DNA of 64,000 nucleotides. Origin: Yuukianura sp. NJ FZ-2021 (lineage: Eukaryota). The notes under the pieces were generated by a model. It saw only the letters and a list, made by a program, of their open reading frames with translations, did not search any database and had not been told where the DNA came from. The stretch lies in NCBI GenBank assembly GCA_046563655.1, contig CM102287.1:1240001-1304000 (forward strand). Reading direction: 5' to 3'. The stretch's first letter is position 1; every line of letters starts with the position of its first letter. This document shows, piece by piece, positions 33,701-48,700 of this stretch. The translations under genes and the position numbers were made by a program.

Positions 33701-36700
33701 TGAAAGTGGGTTCCTGTAGCCCTTTTTATGAGGATTTCAAAAATATAATTTACTTTCTGTTCATTCTCACATTTGCATGTTCATTCTCACAAATTTAAGT
33801 CGTTTTGCGTCAAAATGGTGCTCGGCATTCCCCTGGGTGCCGTATTCCAACCCCAGATAAAATTCGAGGCGGAGCGATTTATCCCGACTTTTAAGTCCGC
33901 CCTATCCAGATTTAATGGCGATCTATCCACACCAATGAAACTTGGGGTCCTGCAGTACGTTTCATAAGGATTTCAGAAAACTAACTCATTTTCACCCGGC
34001 ATCGTTCCGCGCGGAGGTTTTTCAAATGTTCTGTTTTGAAACAAATTTTCATAAATAAAAGTAACGAGATGAGGGACGATACAGCAAGTGAAAGTGGGTT
34101 CCTGTAGCACTTTTTATGAGGATTTCAAAAATGTTGTTGCCTTTTACCCAGCATCGTTCCGGAATGCATTTCTTTTGAATTCTCTGTTTTGAAACATGAA
34201 TTTTCATAAATAAAGGTAACAAGATGAGGGACGACACAGCAAGTGAAAGTGGGTTCCTGTAGCCCTTTTTATGAGGATTTCAAAAATATAATTTACTTTC
34301 TGTTCATTCTCACATTTGCATGTTCATTCTCACAAATTTAAGTCGTTTTGCGTCAAAATGGTGCTCGGCATTCCCCTGGGTGCCGTATTCCAACCCCAGA
34401 CAAAATTCGAGGCGGAGCGATTTATCCCGACTTTTAAGTCCGCCCTATCCAGATTTAATGGCGATCTATCCACACCAATGAAACTTGGGGTCCTGCAGTA
34501 CGTTTCATAAGGATTTCAGAAAACTAACTCATTTTCACCCGGCATCGTTCCGCGCGGAGGTTTTTCGAATGTTCTGTTTTGAAACAAATTTTCATAAATA
34601 AAAGTAACGAGATGAGGGACGATACAGCAAGTGAAAGTGGGTTCCTGTAGCACTTTTTATGAGGATTTCAAAAATGTTGTTGCCTTTTACCCAGCATCGT
34701 TCCGGAATGCATTTCTTTTGAATTCTCTGCTTTGAAACATGAATTTTCATAAATAAAGGTAACAAGATGAGGGACGACACAGCAAGTGAAAGTGGGTTCC
34801 TGTAGCACTTTTTATGAGGATTTCAAAAATGTAGTTGACTTTTACCCAGCATCGTTCCGGAATGCATTTCTTTTGAATTCTCTGTTTTGAAACATGAATT
34901 TTCATAAATAAAGGTAACAAGATGAGGGACGACACAGCAAGTGAAAGTGGGTTCCTGTAGCCCTTTTTATGAGGATTTCAAAAATATAATTTACTTTCTG
35001 TTCATTCTCACATTTGAATGTTCATTCTCACAAATTTAAGTCGTTTTGCGTCAAAATGGTGCTCGGCATTCCCCTGGGTGCCGTATTCCAACCCCAGATA
35101 AAATTCGAGGCGGAGCGATTTATCCCGACTTTTAAGTCCGCCCTATCCAGATTTAATGGCGATCTATCCACACCAATGAAACTTGGGGTCCTGCAGTACG
35201 TTTCATAAGGATTTCAGAAAACTAACTCATTTTCACCCGGCATCGTTCCGCGCGGAGGTTTTTCAAATGTTCTGTTTTGAAACAAATTTTCATAAATAAA
35301 AGTAACGAGATGAGGGACGATACAGCAAGTGAAAGTGGGTTCCTGTAGCACTTTTTATGAGGATTTCAAAAATGTTGTTGCCTTTTACCCAGCATCGTTC
35401 CGGAATGCATTTCTTTTGAATTCTCTGTTTTGAAACATGAATTTTCATAAATAAAGGTAACAAGATGAGGGACGACACAGCAAGTGAAAGTGGGTTCCTG
35501 TAGCCCTTTTTATGAGGATTTCAAAAATATAATTTACTTTCTGTTCATTCTCACATTTGCATGTTCATTCTCACAAATTTAAGTCGTTTTGCGTCAAAAT
35601 GGTGCTCGGCATTCCCCTGGGTGCCGTATTCCAACCCCAGATAAAATTCGAGGCGGAGCGATTTATCCCGACTTTTAAGTCCGCCCTATCCAGATTTAAT
35701 GGCGATCTATCCACACCAATGAAACTTGGGGTCCTGCAGTACGTTTCATAAGGATTTCAGAAAACTAACTCATTTTCACCCGGCATCGTTCCGCGCGGAG
35801 GTTTTTCAAATGTTCTGTTTTGAAACAAATTTTCATAAATAAAAGTAACGAGATGAGGGACGATACAGCAAGTGAAAGTGGGTTCCTGTAGCACTTTTTA
35901 TGAGGATTTCAAAAATGTTGTTGCCTTTTACCCAGCATCGTTCCGGAATGCATTTCTTTTGAATTCTCTGTTTTGAAACATGAATTTTCATAAATAAAGG
36001 TAACAAGATGAGGGACGACACAGCAAGTGAAAGTGGGTTCCTGTAGCCCTTTTTATGAGGATTTCAAAAATATAATTTACTTTCTGTTCATTCTCACATT
36101 TGAATGTTCATTCTCACAAATTTAAGTCGTTTTGCGTCAAAATGGTGCTCGGCATTCCCCTGGGTGCCGTATTCCAACCCCAGATAAAATTCGAGGCGGA
36201 GCGATTTATCCCGACTTTTAAGTCCGCCCTATCCAGATTTAATGGCGATCTATCCACACCAATGAAACTTGGGGTCCTGCAGTACGTTTCATAAGGATTT
36301 CAGAAAACTAACTCATTTTCACCCGGCATCGTTCCGCGCGGAGGTTTTTCGAATGTTCTGTTTTGAAACAAATTTTCATAAATAAAAGTAACGAGATGAG
36401 GGACGATACAGCAAGTGAAAGTGGGTTCCTGTAGCACTTTTTATGAGGATTTCAAAAATGTTGTTGCCTTTTACCCAGCATCGTTCCGGAATGCATTTCT
36501 TTTGAATTCTCTGCTTTGAAACATGAATTTTCATAAATAAAGGTAACAAGATGAGGGACGACACAGCAAGTGAAAGTGGGTTCCTGTAGCACTTTTTATG
36601 AGGATTTCAAAAATGTAGTTGACTTTTACCCAGCATCGTTCCGGAATGCATTTCTTTTGAATTCTCTGTTTTGAAACATGAATTTTCATAAATAAAGGTA

Positions 36701-39700
36701 ACAAGATGAGGGACGACACAGCAAGTGAAAGTGGGTTCCTGTAGCCCTTTTTATGAGGATTTCAAAAATATAATTTACTTTCTGTTCATTCTCACATTTG
36801 AATGTTCATTCTCACAAATTTAAGTCGTTTTGCGTCAAAATGGTGCTCGGCATTCCCCTGGGTGCCGTATTCCAACCCCAGATAAAATTCGAGGCGGAGC
36901 GATTTATCCCGACTTTTAAGTCCGCCCTATCCAGATTTAATGGCGATCTATCCACACCAATGAAACTTGGGGTCCTGCAGTACGTTTCATAAGGATTTCA
37001 GAAAACTAACTCATTTTCACCCGGCATCGTTCCGCGCGGAGGTTTTTCAAATGTTCTGTTTTGAAACAAATTTTCATAAATAAAAGTAACGAGATGAGGG
37101 ACGATACAGCAAGTGAAAGTGGGTTCCTGTAGCACTTTTTATGAGGATTTCAAAAATGTTGTTGCCTTTTACCCAGCATCGTTCCGGAATGCATTTCTTT
37201 TGAATTCTCTGTTTTGAAACATGAATTTTCATAAATAAAGGTAACAAGATGAGGGACGACACAGCAAGTGAAAGTGGGTTCCTGTAGCCCTTTTTATGAG
37301 GATTTCAAAAATATAATTTACTTTCTGTTCATTCTCACATTTGCATGTTCATTCTCACAAATTTAAGTCGTTTTGCGTCAAAATGGTGCTCGGCATTCCC
37401 CTGGGTGCCGTATTCCAACCCCAGATAAAATTCGAGGCGGAGCGATTTATCCCGACTTTTAAGTCCGCCCTATCCAGATTTAATGGCGATCTATCCACAC
37501 CAATGAAACTTGGGGTCCTGCAGTACGTTTCATAAGGATTTCAGAAAACTAACTCATTTTCACCCGGCATCGTTCCGCGCGGAGGTTTTTCGAATGTTCT
37601 GTTTTGAAACAAATTTTCATAAATAAAAGTAACGAGATGAGGGACGATACAGCAAGTGAAAGTGGGTTCCTGTAGCACTTTTTATGAGGATTTCAAAAAT
37701 GTTGTTGCCTTTTACCCAGCATCGTTCCGGAATGCATTTCTTTTGAATTCTCTGTTTTGAAACATGAATTTTCATAAATAAAGGTAACAAGATGAGGGAC
37801 GACACAGCAAGTGAAAGTGGGTTCCTGTAGCCCTTTTTATGAGGATTTCAAAAATATAATTTACTTTCTGTTCATTCTCACATTTGCATGTTCATTCTCA
37901 CAAATTTAAGTCGTTTTGCGTCAAAATGGTGCTCGGCATTCCCCTGGGTGCCGTATTCCAACCCCAGATAAAATTCGAGGCGGAGCGATTTATCCCGACT
38001 TTTAAGTCCGCCCTATCCAGATTTAATGGCGATCTATCCACACCAATGAAACTTGGGGTCCTGCAGTACGTTTCATAAGGATTTCAGAAAACTAACTCAT
38101 TTTCACCCGGCATCGTTCCGCGCGGAGGTTTTTCGAATGTTCTGTTTTGAAACAAATTTTCATAAATAAAAGTAACGAGATGAGGGACGATACAGCAAGT
38201 GAAAGTGGGTTCCTGTAGCACTTTTTATGAGGATTTCAAAAATGTTGTTGACTTTTACCCAGCATCGTTCCGGAATGCATTTCTTTTGAATTCTCTGTTT
38301 TGAAACATGAATTTTCATAAATAAAGGTAACAAGATGAGGGACGACACAGCAAGTGAAAGTGGGTTCCTGTAGCCCTTTTTATGAGGATTTCAAAAATAT
38401 AATTTACTTTCTGTTCATTCTCACATTTGAATGTTCATTCTCACAAATTTAAGTCGTTTTGCGTCAAAATGGTGCTCGGCATTCCCCTGGGTGCCGTATT
38501 CCAACCCCAGATAAAATTCGAGGCGGAGCGATTTATCCCGACTTTTAAGTCCGCCCTATCCAGATTTAATGGCGATCTATCCACACCAATGAAACTTGGG
38601 GTCCTGCAGTACGTTTCATAAGGATTTCAGAAAACTAACTCATTTTCACCCGGCATCGTTCCGCGCGGAGGTTTTTCAAATGTTCTGTTTTGAAACAAAT
38701 TTTCATAAATAAAAGTAACGAGATGAGGGACGATACAGCAAGTGAAAGTGGGTTCCTGTAGCACTTTTTATGAGGATTTCAAAAATGTTGTTGCCTTTTA
38801 CCCAGCATCGTTCCGGAATGCATTTCTTTTGAATTCTCTGTTTTGAAACATGAATTTTCATAAATAAAGGTAACAAGATGAGGGACGACACAGCAAGTGA
38901 AAGTGGGTTCCTGTAGCCCTTTTTATGAGGATTTCAAAAATATAATTTACTTTCTGTTCATTCTCACATTTGCATGTTCATTCTCACAAATTTAAGTCGT
39001 TTTGCGTCAAAATGGTGCTCGGCATTCCCCTGGGTGCCGTATTCCAACCCCAGATAAAATTCGAGGCGGAGCGATTTATCCCGACTTTTAAGTCCGCCCT
39101 ATCCAGATTTAATGGCGATCTATCCACACCAATGAAACTTGGGGTCCTGCAGTACGTTTCATAAGGATTTCAGAAAACTAACTCATTTTCACCCGGCATC
39201 GTTCCGCGCGGAGGTTTTTCGAATGTTCTGTTTTGAAACAAATTTTCATAAATAAAAGTAACGAGATGAGGGACGATACAGCAAGTGAAAGTGGGTTCCT
39301 GTAGCACTTTTTATGAGGATTTCAAAAATGTTGTTGCCTTTTACCCAGCATCGTTCCGGAATGCATTTCTTTTGAATTCTCTGTTTTGAAACATGAATTT
39401 TCATAAATAAAGGTAACAAGATGAGGGACGACACAGCAAGTGAAAGTGGGTTCCTGTAGCCCTTTTTATGAGGATTTCAAAAATATAATTTACTTTCTGT
39501 TCATTCTCACATTTGCATGTTCATTCTCACAAATTTAAGTCGTTTTGCGTCAAAATGGTGCTCGGCATTCCCCTGGGTGCCGTATTCCAACCCCAGATAA
39601 AATTCGAGGCGGAGCGATTTATCCCGACTTTTAAGTCCGCCCTATCCAGATTTAATGGCGATCTATCCACACCAATGAAACTTGGGGTCCTGCAGTACGT

Positions 39701-42700
39701 TTCATAAGGATTTCAGAAAACTAACTCATTTTCACCCGGCATCGTTCCGCGCGGAGGTTTTTCGAATGTTCTGTTTTGAAACAAATTTTCATAAATAAAA
39801 GTAACGAGATGAGGGACGATACAGCAAGTGAAAGTGGGTTCCTGTAGCACTTTTTATGAGGATTTCAAAAATGTTGTTGCCTTTTACCCAGCATCGTTCC
39901 GGAATGCATTTCTTTTGAATTCTCTGCTTTGAAACATGAATTTTCATAAATAAAGGTAACAAGATGAGGGACGACACAGCAAGTGAAAGTGGGTTCCTGT
40001 AGCACTTTTTATGAGGATTTCAAAAATGTAGTTGACTTTTACCCAGCATCGTTCCGGAATGCATTTCTTTTGAATTCTCTGTTTTGAAACATGAATTTTC
40101 ATAAATAAAGGTAACAAGATGAGGGACGACACAGCAAGTGAAAGTGGGTTCCTGTAGCCCTTTTTATGAGGATTTCAAAAATATAATTTACTTTCTGTTC
40201 ATTCTCACATTTGAATGTTCATTCTCACAAATTTAAGTCGTTTTGCGTCAAAATGGTGCTCGGCATTCCCCTGGGTGCCGTATTCCAACCCCAGATAAAA
40301 TTCGAGGCGGAGCGATTTATCCCGACTTTTAAGTCCGCCCTATCCAGATTTAATGGCGATCTATCCACACCAATGAAACTTGGGGTCCTGCAGTACGTTT
40401 CATAAGGATTTCAGAAAACTAACTCATTTTCACCCGGCATCGTTCCGCGCGGAGGTTTTTCAAATGTTCTGTTTTGAAACAAATTTTCATAAATAAAAGT
40501 AACGAGATGAGGGACGATACAGCAAGTGAAAGTGGGTTCCTGTAGCACTTTTTATGAGGATTTCAAAAATGTTGTTGCCTTTTACCCAGCATCGTTCCGG
40601 AATGCATTTCTTTTGAATTCTCTGCTTTGAAACATGAATTTTCATAAATAAAGGTAACAAGATGAGGGACGACACAGCAAGTGAAAGTGGGTTCCTGTAG
40701 CACTTTTTATGAGGATTTCAAAAATGTAGTTGACTTTTACCCAGCATCGTTCCGGAATGCATTTCTTTTGAATTCTCTGTTTTGAAACATGAATTTTCAT
40801 AAATAAAGGTAACAAGATGAGGGACGACACAGCAAGTGAAAGTGGGTTCCTGTAGCCCTTTTTATGAGGATTTCAAAAATATAATTTACTTTCTGTTCAT
40901 TCTCACATTTGAATGTTCATTCTCACAAATTTAAGTCGTTTTGCGTCAAAATGGTGCTCGGCATTCCCCTGGGTGCCGTATTCCAACCCCAGATAAAATT
41001 CGAGGCGGAGCGATTTATCCCGACTTTTAAGTCCGCCCTATCCAGATTTAATGGCGATCTATCCACACCAATGAAACTTGGGGTCCTGCAGTACGTTTCA
41101 TAAGGATTTCAGAAAACTAACTCATTTTCACCCGGCATCGTTCCGCGCGGAGGTTTTTCGAATGTTCTGTTTTGAAACAAATTTTCATAAATAAAGGTAA
41201 CAAGATGAGGGACGACACAGCAAGTGAAAGTGGGTTCCTGTAGCACTTTTTATGAGGATTTCAAAAATGTTGTTGCCTTTTACCCAGCATCGTTCCGGAA
41301 TGCATTTCTTTTGAATTCTCTGTTTTGAAACATGAATTTTCATAAATAAAGGTAACAAGATGAGGGACGACACAGCAAGTGAAAGTGGGTTCCTGTAGCC
41401 CTTTTTATGAGGATTTCAAAAATATAATTTACTTTCTGTTCATTCTCACATTTGCATGTTCATTCTCACAAATTTAAGTCGTTTTGCGTCAAAATGGTGC
41501 TCGGCATTCCCCTGGGTGCCGTATTCCAACCCCAGATAAAATTCGAGGCGGAGCGATTTATCCCGACTTTTAAGTCCGCCCTATCCAGATTTAATGGCGA
41601 TCTATCCACACCAATGAAACTTGGGGTCCTGCAGTACGTTTCATAAGGATTTCAGAAAACTAACTCATTTTCACCCGGCATCGTTCCGCGCGGAGGTTTT
41701 TCAAATGTTCTGTTTTGAAACAAATTTTCATAAATAAAAGTAACGAGATGAGGGACGATACAGCAAGTGAAAGTGGGTTCCTGTAGCACTTTTTATGAGG
41801 ATTTCAAAAATGTTGTTGCCTTTTACCCAGCATCGTTCCGGAATGCATTTCTTTTGAATTCTCTGTTTTGAAACATGAATTTTCATAAATAAAGGTAACA
41901 AGATGAGGGACGACACAGCAAGTGAAAGTGGGTTCCTGTAGCCCTTTTTATGAGGATTTCAAAAATATAATTTACTTTCTGTTCATTCTCACATTTGCAT
42001 GTTCATTCTCACAAATTTAAGTCGTTTTGCGTCAAAATGGTGCTCGGCATTCCCCTGGGTGCCGTATTCCAACCCCAGATAAAATTCGAGGCGGAGCGAT
42101 TTATCCCGACTTTTAAGTCCGCCCTATCCAGATTTAATGGCGATCTATCCACACCAATGAAACTTGGGGTCCTGCAGTACGTTTCATAAGGATTTCAGAA
42201 AACTAACTCATTTTCACCCGGCATCGTTCCGCGCGGAGGTTTTTCGAATGTTCTGTTTTGAAACAAATTTTCATAAATAAAAGTAACGAGATGAGGGACG
42301 ATACAGCAAGTGAAAGTGGGTTCCTGTAGCACTTTTTATGAGGATTTCAAAAATGTTGTTGCCTTTTACCCAGCATCGTTCCGGAATGCATTTCTTTTGA
42401 ATTCTCTGCTTTGAAACATGAATTTTCATAAATAAAGGTAACAAGATGAGGGACGACACAGCAAGTGAAAGTGGGTTCCTGTAGCACTTTTTATGAGGAT
42501 TTCAAAAATGTAGTTGACTTTTACCCAGCATCGTTCCGGAATGCATTTCTTTTGAATTCTCTGTTTTGAAACATGAATTTTCATAAATAAAGGTAACAAG
42601 ATGAGGGACGACACAGCAAGTGAAAGTGGGTTCCTGTAGCCCTTTTTATGAGGATTTCAAAAATATAATTTACTTTCTGTTCATTCTCACATTTGCATGT

Positions 42701-45700
42701 TCATTCTCACAAATTTAAGTCGTTTTGCGTCAAAATGGTGCTCGGCATTCCCCTGGGTGCCGTATTCCAACCCCAGATAAAATTCGAGGCGGAGCGATTT
42801 ATCCCGACTTTTAAGTCCGCCCTATCCAGATTTAATGGCGATCTATCCACACCAATGAAACTTGGGGTCCTGCAGTACGTTTCATAAGGATTTCAGAAAA
42901 CTAACTCATTTTCACCCGGCATCGTTCCGCGCGGAGGTTTTTCGAATGTTCTGTTTTGAAACAAATTTTCATAAATAAAAGTAACGAGATGAGGGACGAT
43001 ACAGCAAGTGAAAGTGGGTTCCTGTAGCACTTTTTATGAGGATTTCAAAAATGTTGTTGCCTTTTACCCAGCATCGTTCCGGAATGCATTTCTTTTGAAT
43101 TCTCTGCTTTGAAACATGAATTTTCATAAATAAAGGTAACAAGATGAGGGACGACACAGCAAGTGAAAGTGGGTTCCTGTAGCACTTTTTATGAGGATTT
43201 CAAAAATGTAGTTGACTTTTACCCAGCATCGTTCCGGAATGCATTTCTTTTGAATTCTCTGTTTTGAAACATGAATTTTCATAAATAAAGGTAACAAGAT
43301 GAGGGACGACACAGCAAGTGAAAGTGGGTTCCTGTAGCCCTTTTTATGAGGATTTCAAAAATATAATTTACTTTCTGTTCATTCTCACATTTGAATGTTC
43401 ATTCTCACAAATTTAAGTCGTTTTGCGTCAAAATGGTGCTCGGCATTCCCCTGGGTGCCGTATTCCAACCCCAGATAAAATTCGAGGCGGAGCGATTTAT
43501 CCCGACTTTTAAGTCCGCCCTATCCAGATTTAATGGCGATCTATCCACACCAATGAAACTTGGGGTCCTGCAGTACGTTTCATAAGGATTTCAGAAAACT
43601 AACTCATTTTCACCCGGCATCGTTCCGCGCGGAGGTTTTTCGAAAGTTCTGTTTTGAAACAAATTTTCATAAATAAAAGGTAACGAAGATGAGGGACGAT
43701 ACAGCAAGTGAAAGTGGGTTCCTGTAGCACTTTTTATGAGGATTTCAAAAATGTTGTTGCCTTTTACCCAGCATCGTTCCGGAATGCATTTCTTTTGAAT
43801 TCTCTGTTTTGAAACATGAATTTTCATAAATAAAGGTAACAAGATGAGGGACGACACAGCAAGTGAAAGTGGGTTCCTGTAGCCCTTTTTATGAGGATTT
43901 CAAAAATATAATTTACTTTCTGTTCATTCTCACATTTGCATGTTCATTCTCACAAATTTAAGTCGTTTTGCGTCAAAATGGTGCTCGGCATTCCCCTGGG
44001 TGCCGTATTCCAACCCCAGACAAAATTCGAGGCGGAGCGATTTATCCCGACTTTTAAGTCCGCCCTATCCAGATTTAATGGCGATCTATCCACACCAATG
44101 AAACTTGGGGTCCTGCAGTACGTTTCATAAGGATTTCAGAAAACTAACTCATTTTCACCCGGCATCGTTCCGCGCGGAGGTTTTTCGAATGTTCTGTTTT
44201 GAAACAAATTTTCATAAATAAAAGTAACGAGATGAGGGACGATACAGCAAGTGAAAGTGGGTTCCTGTAGCACTTTTTATGAGGATTTCAAAAATGTTGT
44301 TGCCTTTTACCCAGCATCGTTCCGGAATGCATTTCTTTTGAATTCTCTGCTTTGAAACATGAATTTTCATAAATAAAGGTAACAAGATGAGGGACGACAC
44401 AGCAAGTGAAAGTGGGTTCCTGTAGCACTTTTTATGAGGATTTCAAAAATGTAGTTGACTTTTACCCAGCATCGTTCCGGAATGCATTTCTTTTGAATTC
44501 TCTGTTTTGAAACATGAATTTTCATAAATAAAGGTAACAAGATGAGGGACGACACAGCAAGTGAAAGTGGGTTCCTGTAGCCCTTTTTATGAGGATTTCA
44601 AAAATATAATTTACTTTCTGTTCATTCTCACATTTGAATGTTCATTCTCACAAATTTAAGTCGTTTTGCGTCAAAATGGTGCTCGGCATTCCCCTGGGTG
44701 CCGTATTCCAACCCCAGATAAAATTCGAGGCGGAGCGATTTATCCCGACTTTTAAGTCCGCCCTATCCAGATTTAATGGCGATCTATCCACACCAATGAA
44801 ACTTGGGGTCCTGCAGTACGTTTCATAAGGATTTCAGAAAACTAACTCATTTTCACCCGGCATCGTTCCGCGCGGAGGTTTTTCGAAAGTTCTGTTTTGA
44901 AACAAATTTTCATAAATAAAAGTAACGAGATGAGGGACGATACAGCAAGTGAAAGTGGGTTCCTGTAGCACTTTTTATGAGGATTTCAAAAATGTTGTTG
45001 CCTTTTACCCAGCATCGTTCCGGAATGCATTTCTTTTGAATTCTCTGTTTTGAAACATGAATTTTCATAAATAAAGGTAACAAGATGAGGGACGACACAG
45101 CAAGTGAAAGTGGGTTCCTGTAGCCCTTTTTATGAGGATTTCAAAAATATAATTTACTTTCTGTTCATTCTCACATTTGCATGTTCATTCTCACAAATTT
45201 AAGTCGTTTTGCGTCAAAATGGTGCTCGGCATTCCCCTGGGTGCCGTATTCCAACCCCAGACAAAATTCGAGGCGGAGCGATTTATCCCGACTTTTAAGT
45301 CCGCCCTATCCAGATTTAATGGCGATCTATCCACACCAATGAAACTTGGGGTCCTGCAGTACGTTTCATAAGGATTTCAGAAAACTAACTCATTTTCACC
45401 CGGCATCGTTCCGCGCGGAGGTTTTTCGAATGTTCTGTTTTGAAACAAATTTTCATAAATAAAAGTAACGAAGATGAGGGACGATACAGCAAGTGAAAGT
45501 GGGTTCCTGTAGCACTTTTTATGAGGATTTCAAAAATGTTGTTGACTTTTACCCAGCATCGTTCCGGAATGCATTTCTTTTGAATTCTCTGTTTTGAAAC
45601 ATGAATTTTCATAAATAAAGGTAACAAGATGAGGGACGACACAGCAAGTGAAAGTGGGTTCCTGTAGCCCTTTTTATGAGGATTTCAAAAATATAATTTA

Positions 45701-48700
45701 CTTTCTGTTCATTCTCACATTTGCATGTTCATTCTCACAAATTTAAGTCGTTTTGCGTCAAAATGGTGCTCGGCATTCCCCTGGGTGCCGTATTCCAACC
45801 CCAGACAAAATTCGAGGCGGAGCGATTTATCCCGACTTTTAAGTCCGCCCTATCCAGATTTAATGGCGATCTATCCACACCAATGAAACTTGGGGTCCTG
45901 CAGTACGTTTCATAAGGATTTCAGAAAACTAACTCATTTTCACCCGGCATCGTTCCGCGCGGAGGTTTTTCGAATGTTCTGTTTTGAAACAAATTTTCAT
46001 AAATAAAAGTAACGAGATGAGGGACGATACAGCAAGTGAAAGTGGGTTCCTGTAGCACTTTTTATGAGGATTTCAAAAATGTTGTTGCCTTTTACCCAGC
46101 ATCGTTCCGGAATGCATTTCTTTTGAATTCTCTGCTTTGAAACATGAATTTTCATAAATAAAGGTAACAAGATGAGGGACGACACAGCAAGTGAAAGTGG
46201 GTTCCTGTAGCACTTTTTATGAGGATTTCAAAAATGTAGTTGACTTTTACCCAGCATCGTTCCGGAATGCATTTCTTTTGAATTCTCTGTTTTGAAACAT
46301 GAATTTTCATAAATAAAGGTAACAAGATGAGGGACGACACAGCAAGTGAAAGTGGGTTCCTGTAGCCCTTTTTATGAGGATTTCAAAAATATAATTTACT
46401 TTCTGTTCATTCTCACATTTGCATGTTCATTCTCACAAATTTAAGTCGTTTTGCGTCAAAATGGTGCTCGGCATTCCCCTGGGTGCCGTATTCCAACCCC
46501 AGATAAAATTCGAGGCGGAGCGATTTATCCCGACTTTTAAGTCCGCCCTATCCAGATTTAATGGCGATCTATCCACACCAATGAAACTTGGGGTCCTGCA
46601 GTACGTTTCATAAGGATTTCAGAAAACTAACTCATTTTCACCCGGCATCGTTCCGCGCGGAGGTTTTTCAAATGTTCTGTTTTGAAACAAATTTTCATAA
46701 ATAAAAGTAACGAGATGAGGGACGATACAGCAAGTGAAAGTGGGTTCCTGTAGCACTTTTTATGAGGATTTCAAAAATGTTGTTGCCTTTTACCCAGCAT
46801 CGTTCCGGAATGCATTTCTTTTGAATTCTCTGCTTTGAAACATGAATTTTCATAAATAAAGGTAACAAGATGAGGGACGACACAGCAAGTGAAAGTGGGT
46901 TCCTGTAGCACTTTTTATGAGGATTTCAAAAATGTAGTTGACTTTTACCCAGCATCGTTCCGGAATGCATTTCTTTTGAATTCTCTGTTTTGAAACATGA
47001 ATTTTCATAAATAAAGGTAACAAGATGAGGGACGACACAGCAAGTGAAAGTGGGTTCCTGTAGCCCTTTTTATGAGGATTTCAAAAATATAATTTACTTT
47101 CTGTTCATTCTCACATTTGAATGTTCATTCTCACAAATTTAAGTCGTTTTGCGTCAAAATGGTGCTCGGCATTCCCCTGGGTGCCGTATTCCAACCCCAG
47201 ATAAAATTCGAGGCGGAGCGATTTATCCCGACTTTTAAGTCCGCCCTATCCAGATTTAATGGCGATCTATCCACACCAATGAAACTTGGGGTCCTGCAGT
47301 ACGTTTCATAAGGATTTCAGAAAACTAACTCATTTTCACCCGGCATCGTTCCGCGCGGAGGTTTTTCAAATGTTCTGTTTTGAAACAAATTTTCATAAAT
47401 AAAAGTAACGAGATGAGGGACGATACAGCAAGTGAAAGTGGGTTCCTGTAGCACTTTTTATGAGGATTTCAAAAATGTTGTTGCCTTTTACCCAGCATCG
47501 TTCCGGAATGCATTTCTTTTGAATTCTCTGTTTTGAAACATGAATTTTCATAAATAAAGGTAACAAGATGAGGGACGACACAGCAAGTGAAAGTGGGTTC
47601 CTGTAGCCCTTTTTATGAGGATTTCAAAAATATAATTTACTTTCTGTTCATTCTCACATTTGCATGTTCATTCTCACAAATTTAAGTCGTTTTGCGTCAA
47701 AATGGTGCTCGGCATTCCCCTGGGTGCCGTATTCCAACCCCAGATAAAATTCGAGGCGGAGCGATTTATCCCGACTTTTAAGTCCGCCCTATCCAGATTT
47801 AATGGCGATCTATCCACACCAATGAAACTTGGGGTCCTGCAGTACGTTTCATAAGGATTTCAGAAAACTAACTCATTTTCACCCGGCATCGTTCCGCGCG
47901 GAGGTTTTTCAAATGTTCTGTTTTGAAACAAATTTTCATAAATAAAAGTAACGAGATGAGGGACGATACAGCAAGTGAAAGTGGGTTCCTGTAGCACTTT
48001 TTATGAGGATTTCAAAAATGTTGTTGCCTTTTACCCAGCATCGTTCCGGAATGCATTTCTTTTGAATTCTCTGTTTTGAAACATGAATTTTCATAAATAA
48101 AGGTAACAAGATGAGGGACGACACAGCAAGTGAAAGTGGGTTCCTGTAGCCCTTTTTATGAGGATTTCAAAAATATAATTTACTTTCTGTTCATTCTCAC
48201 ATTTGCATGTTCATTCTCACAAATTTAAGTCGTTTTGCGTCAAAATGGTGCTCGGCATTCCCCTGGGTGCCGTATTCCAACCCCAGACAAAATTCGAGGC
48301 GGAGCGATTTATCCCGACTTTTAAGTCCGCCCTATCCAGATTTAATGGCGATCTATCCACACCAATGAAACTTGGGGTCCTGCAGTACGTTTCATAAGGA
48401 TTTCAGAAAACTAACTCATTTTCACCCGGCATCGTTCCGCGCGGAGGTTTTTCGAATGTTCTGTTTTGAAACAAATTTTCATAAATAAAAGTAACGAGAT
48501 GAGGGACGATACAGCAAGTGAAAGTGGGTTCCTGTAGCACTTTTTATGAGGATTTCAAAAATGTTGTTGACTTTTACCCAGCATCGTTCCGGAATGCATT
48601 TCTTTTGAATTCTCTGTTTTGAAACATGAATTTTCATAAATAAAGGTAACAAGATGAGGGACGACACAGCAAGTGAAAGTGGGTTCCTGTAGCCCTTTTT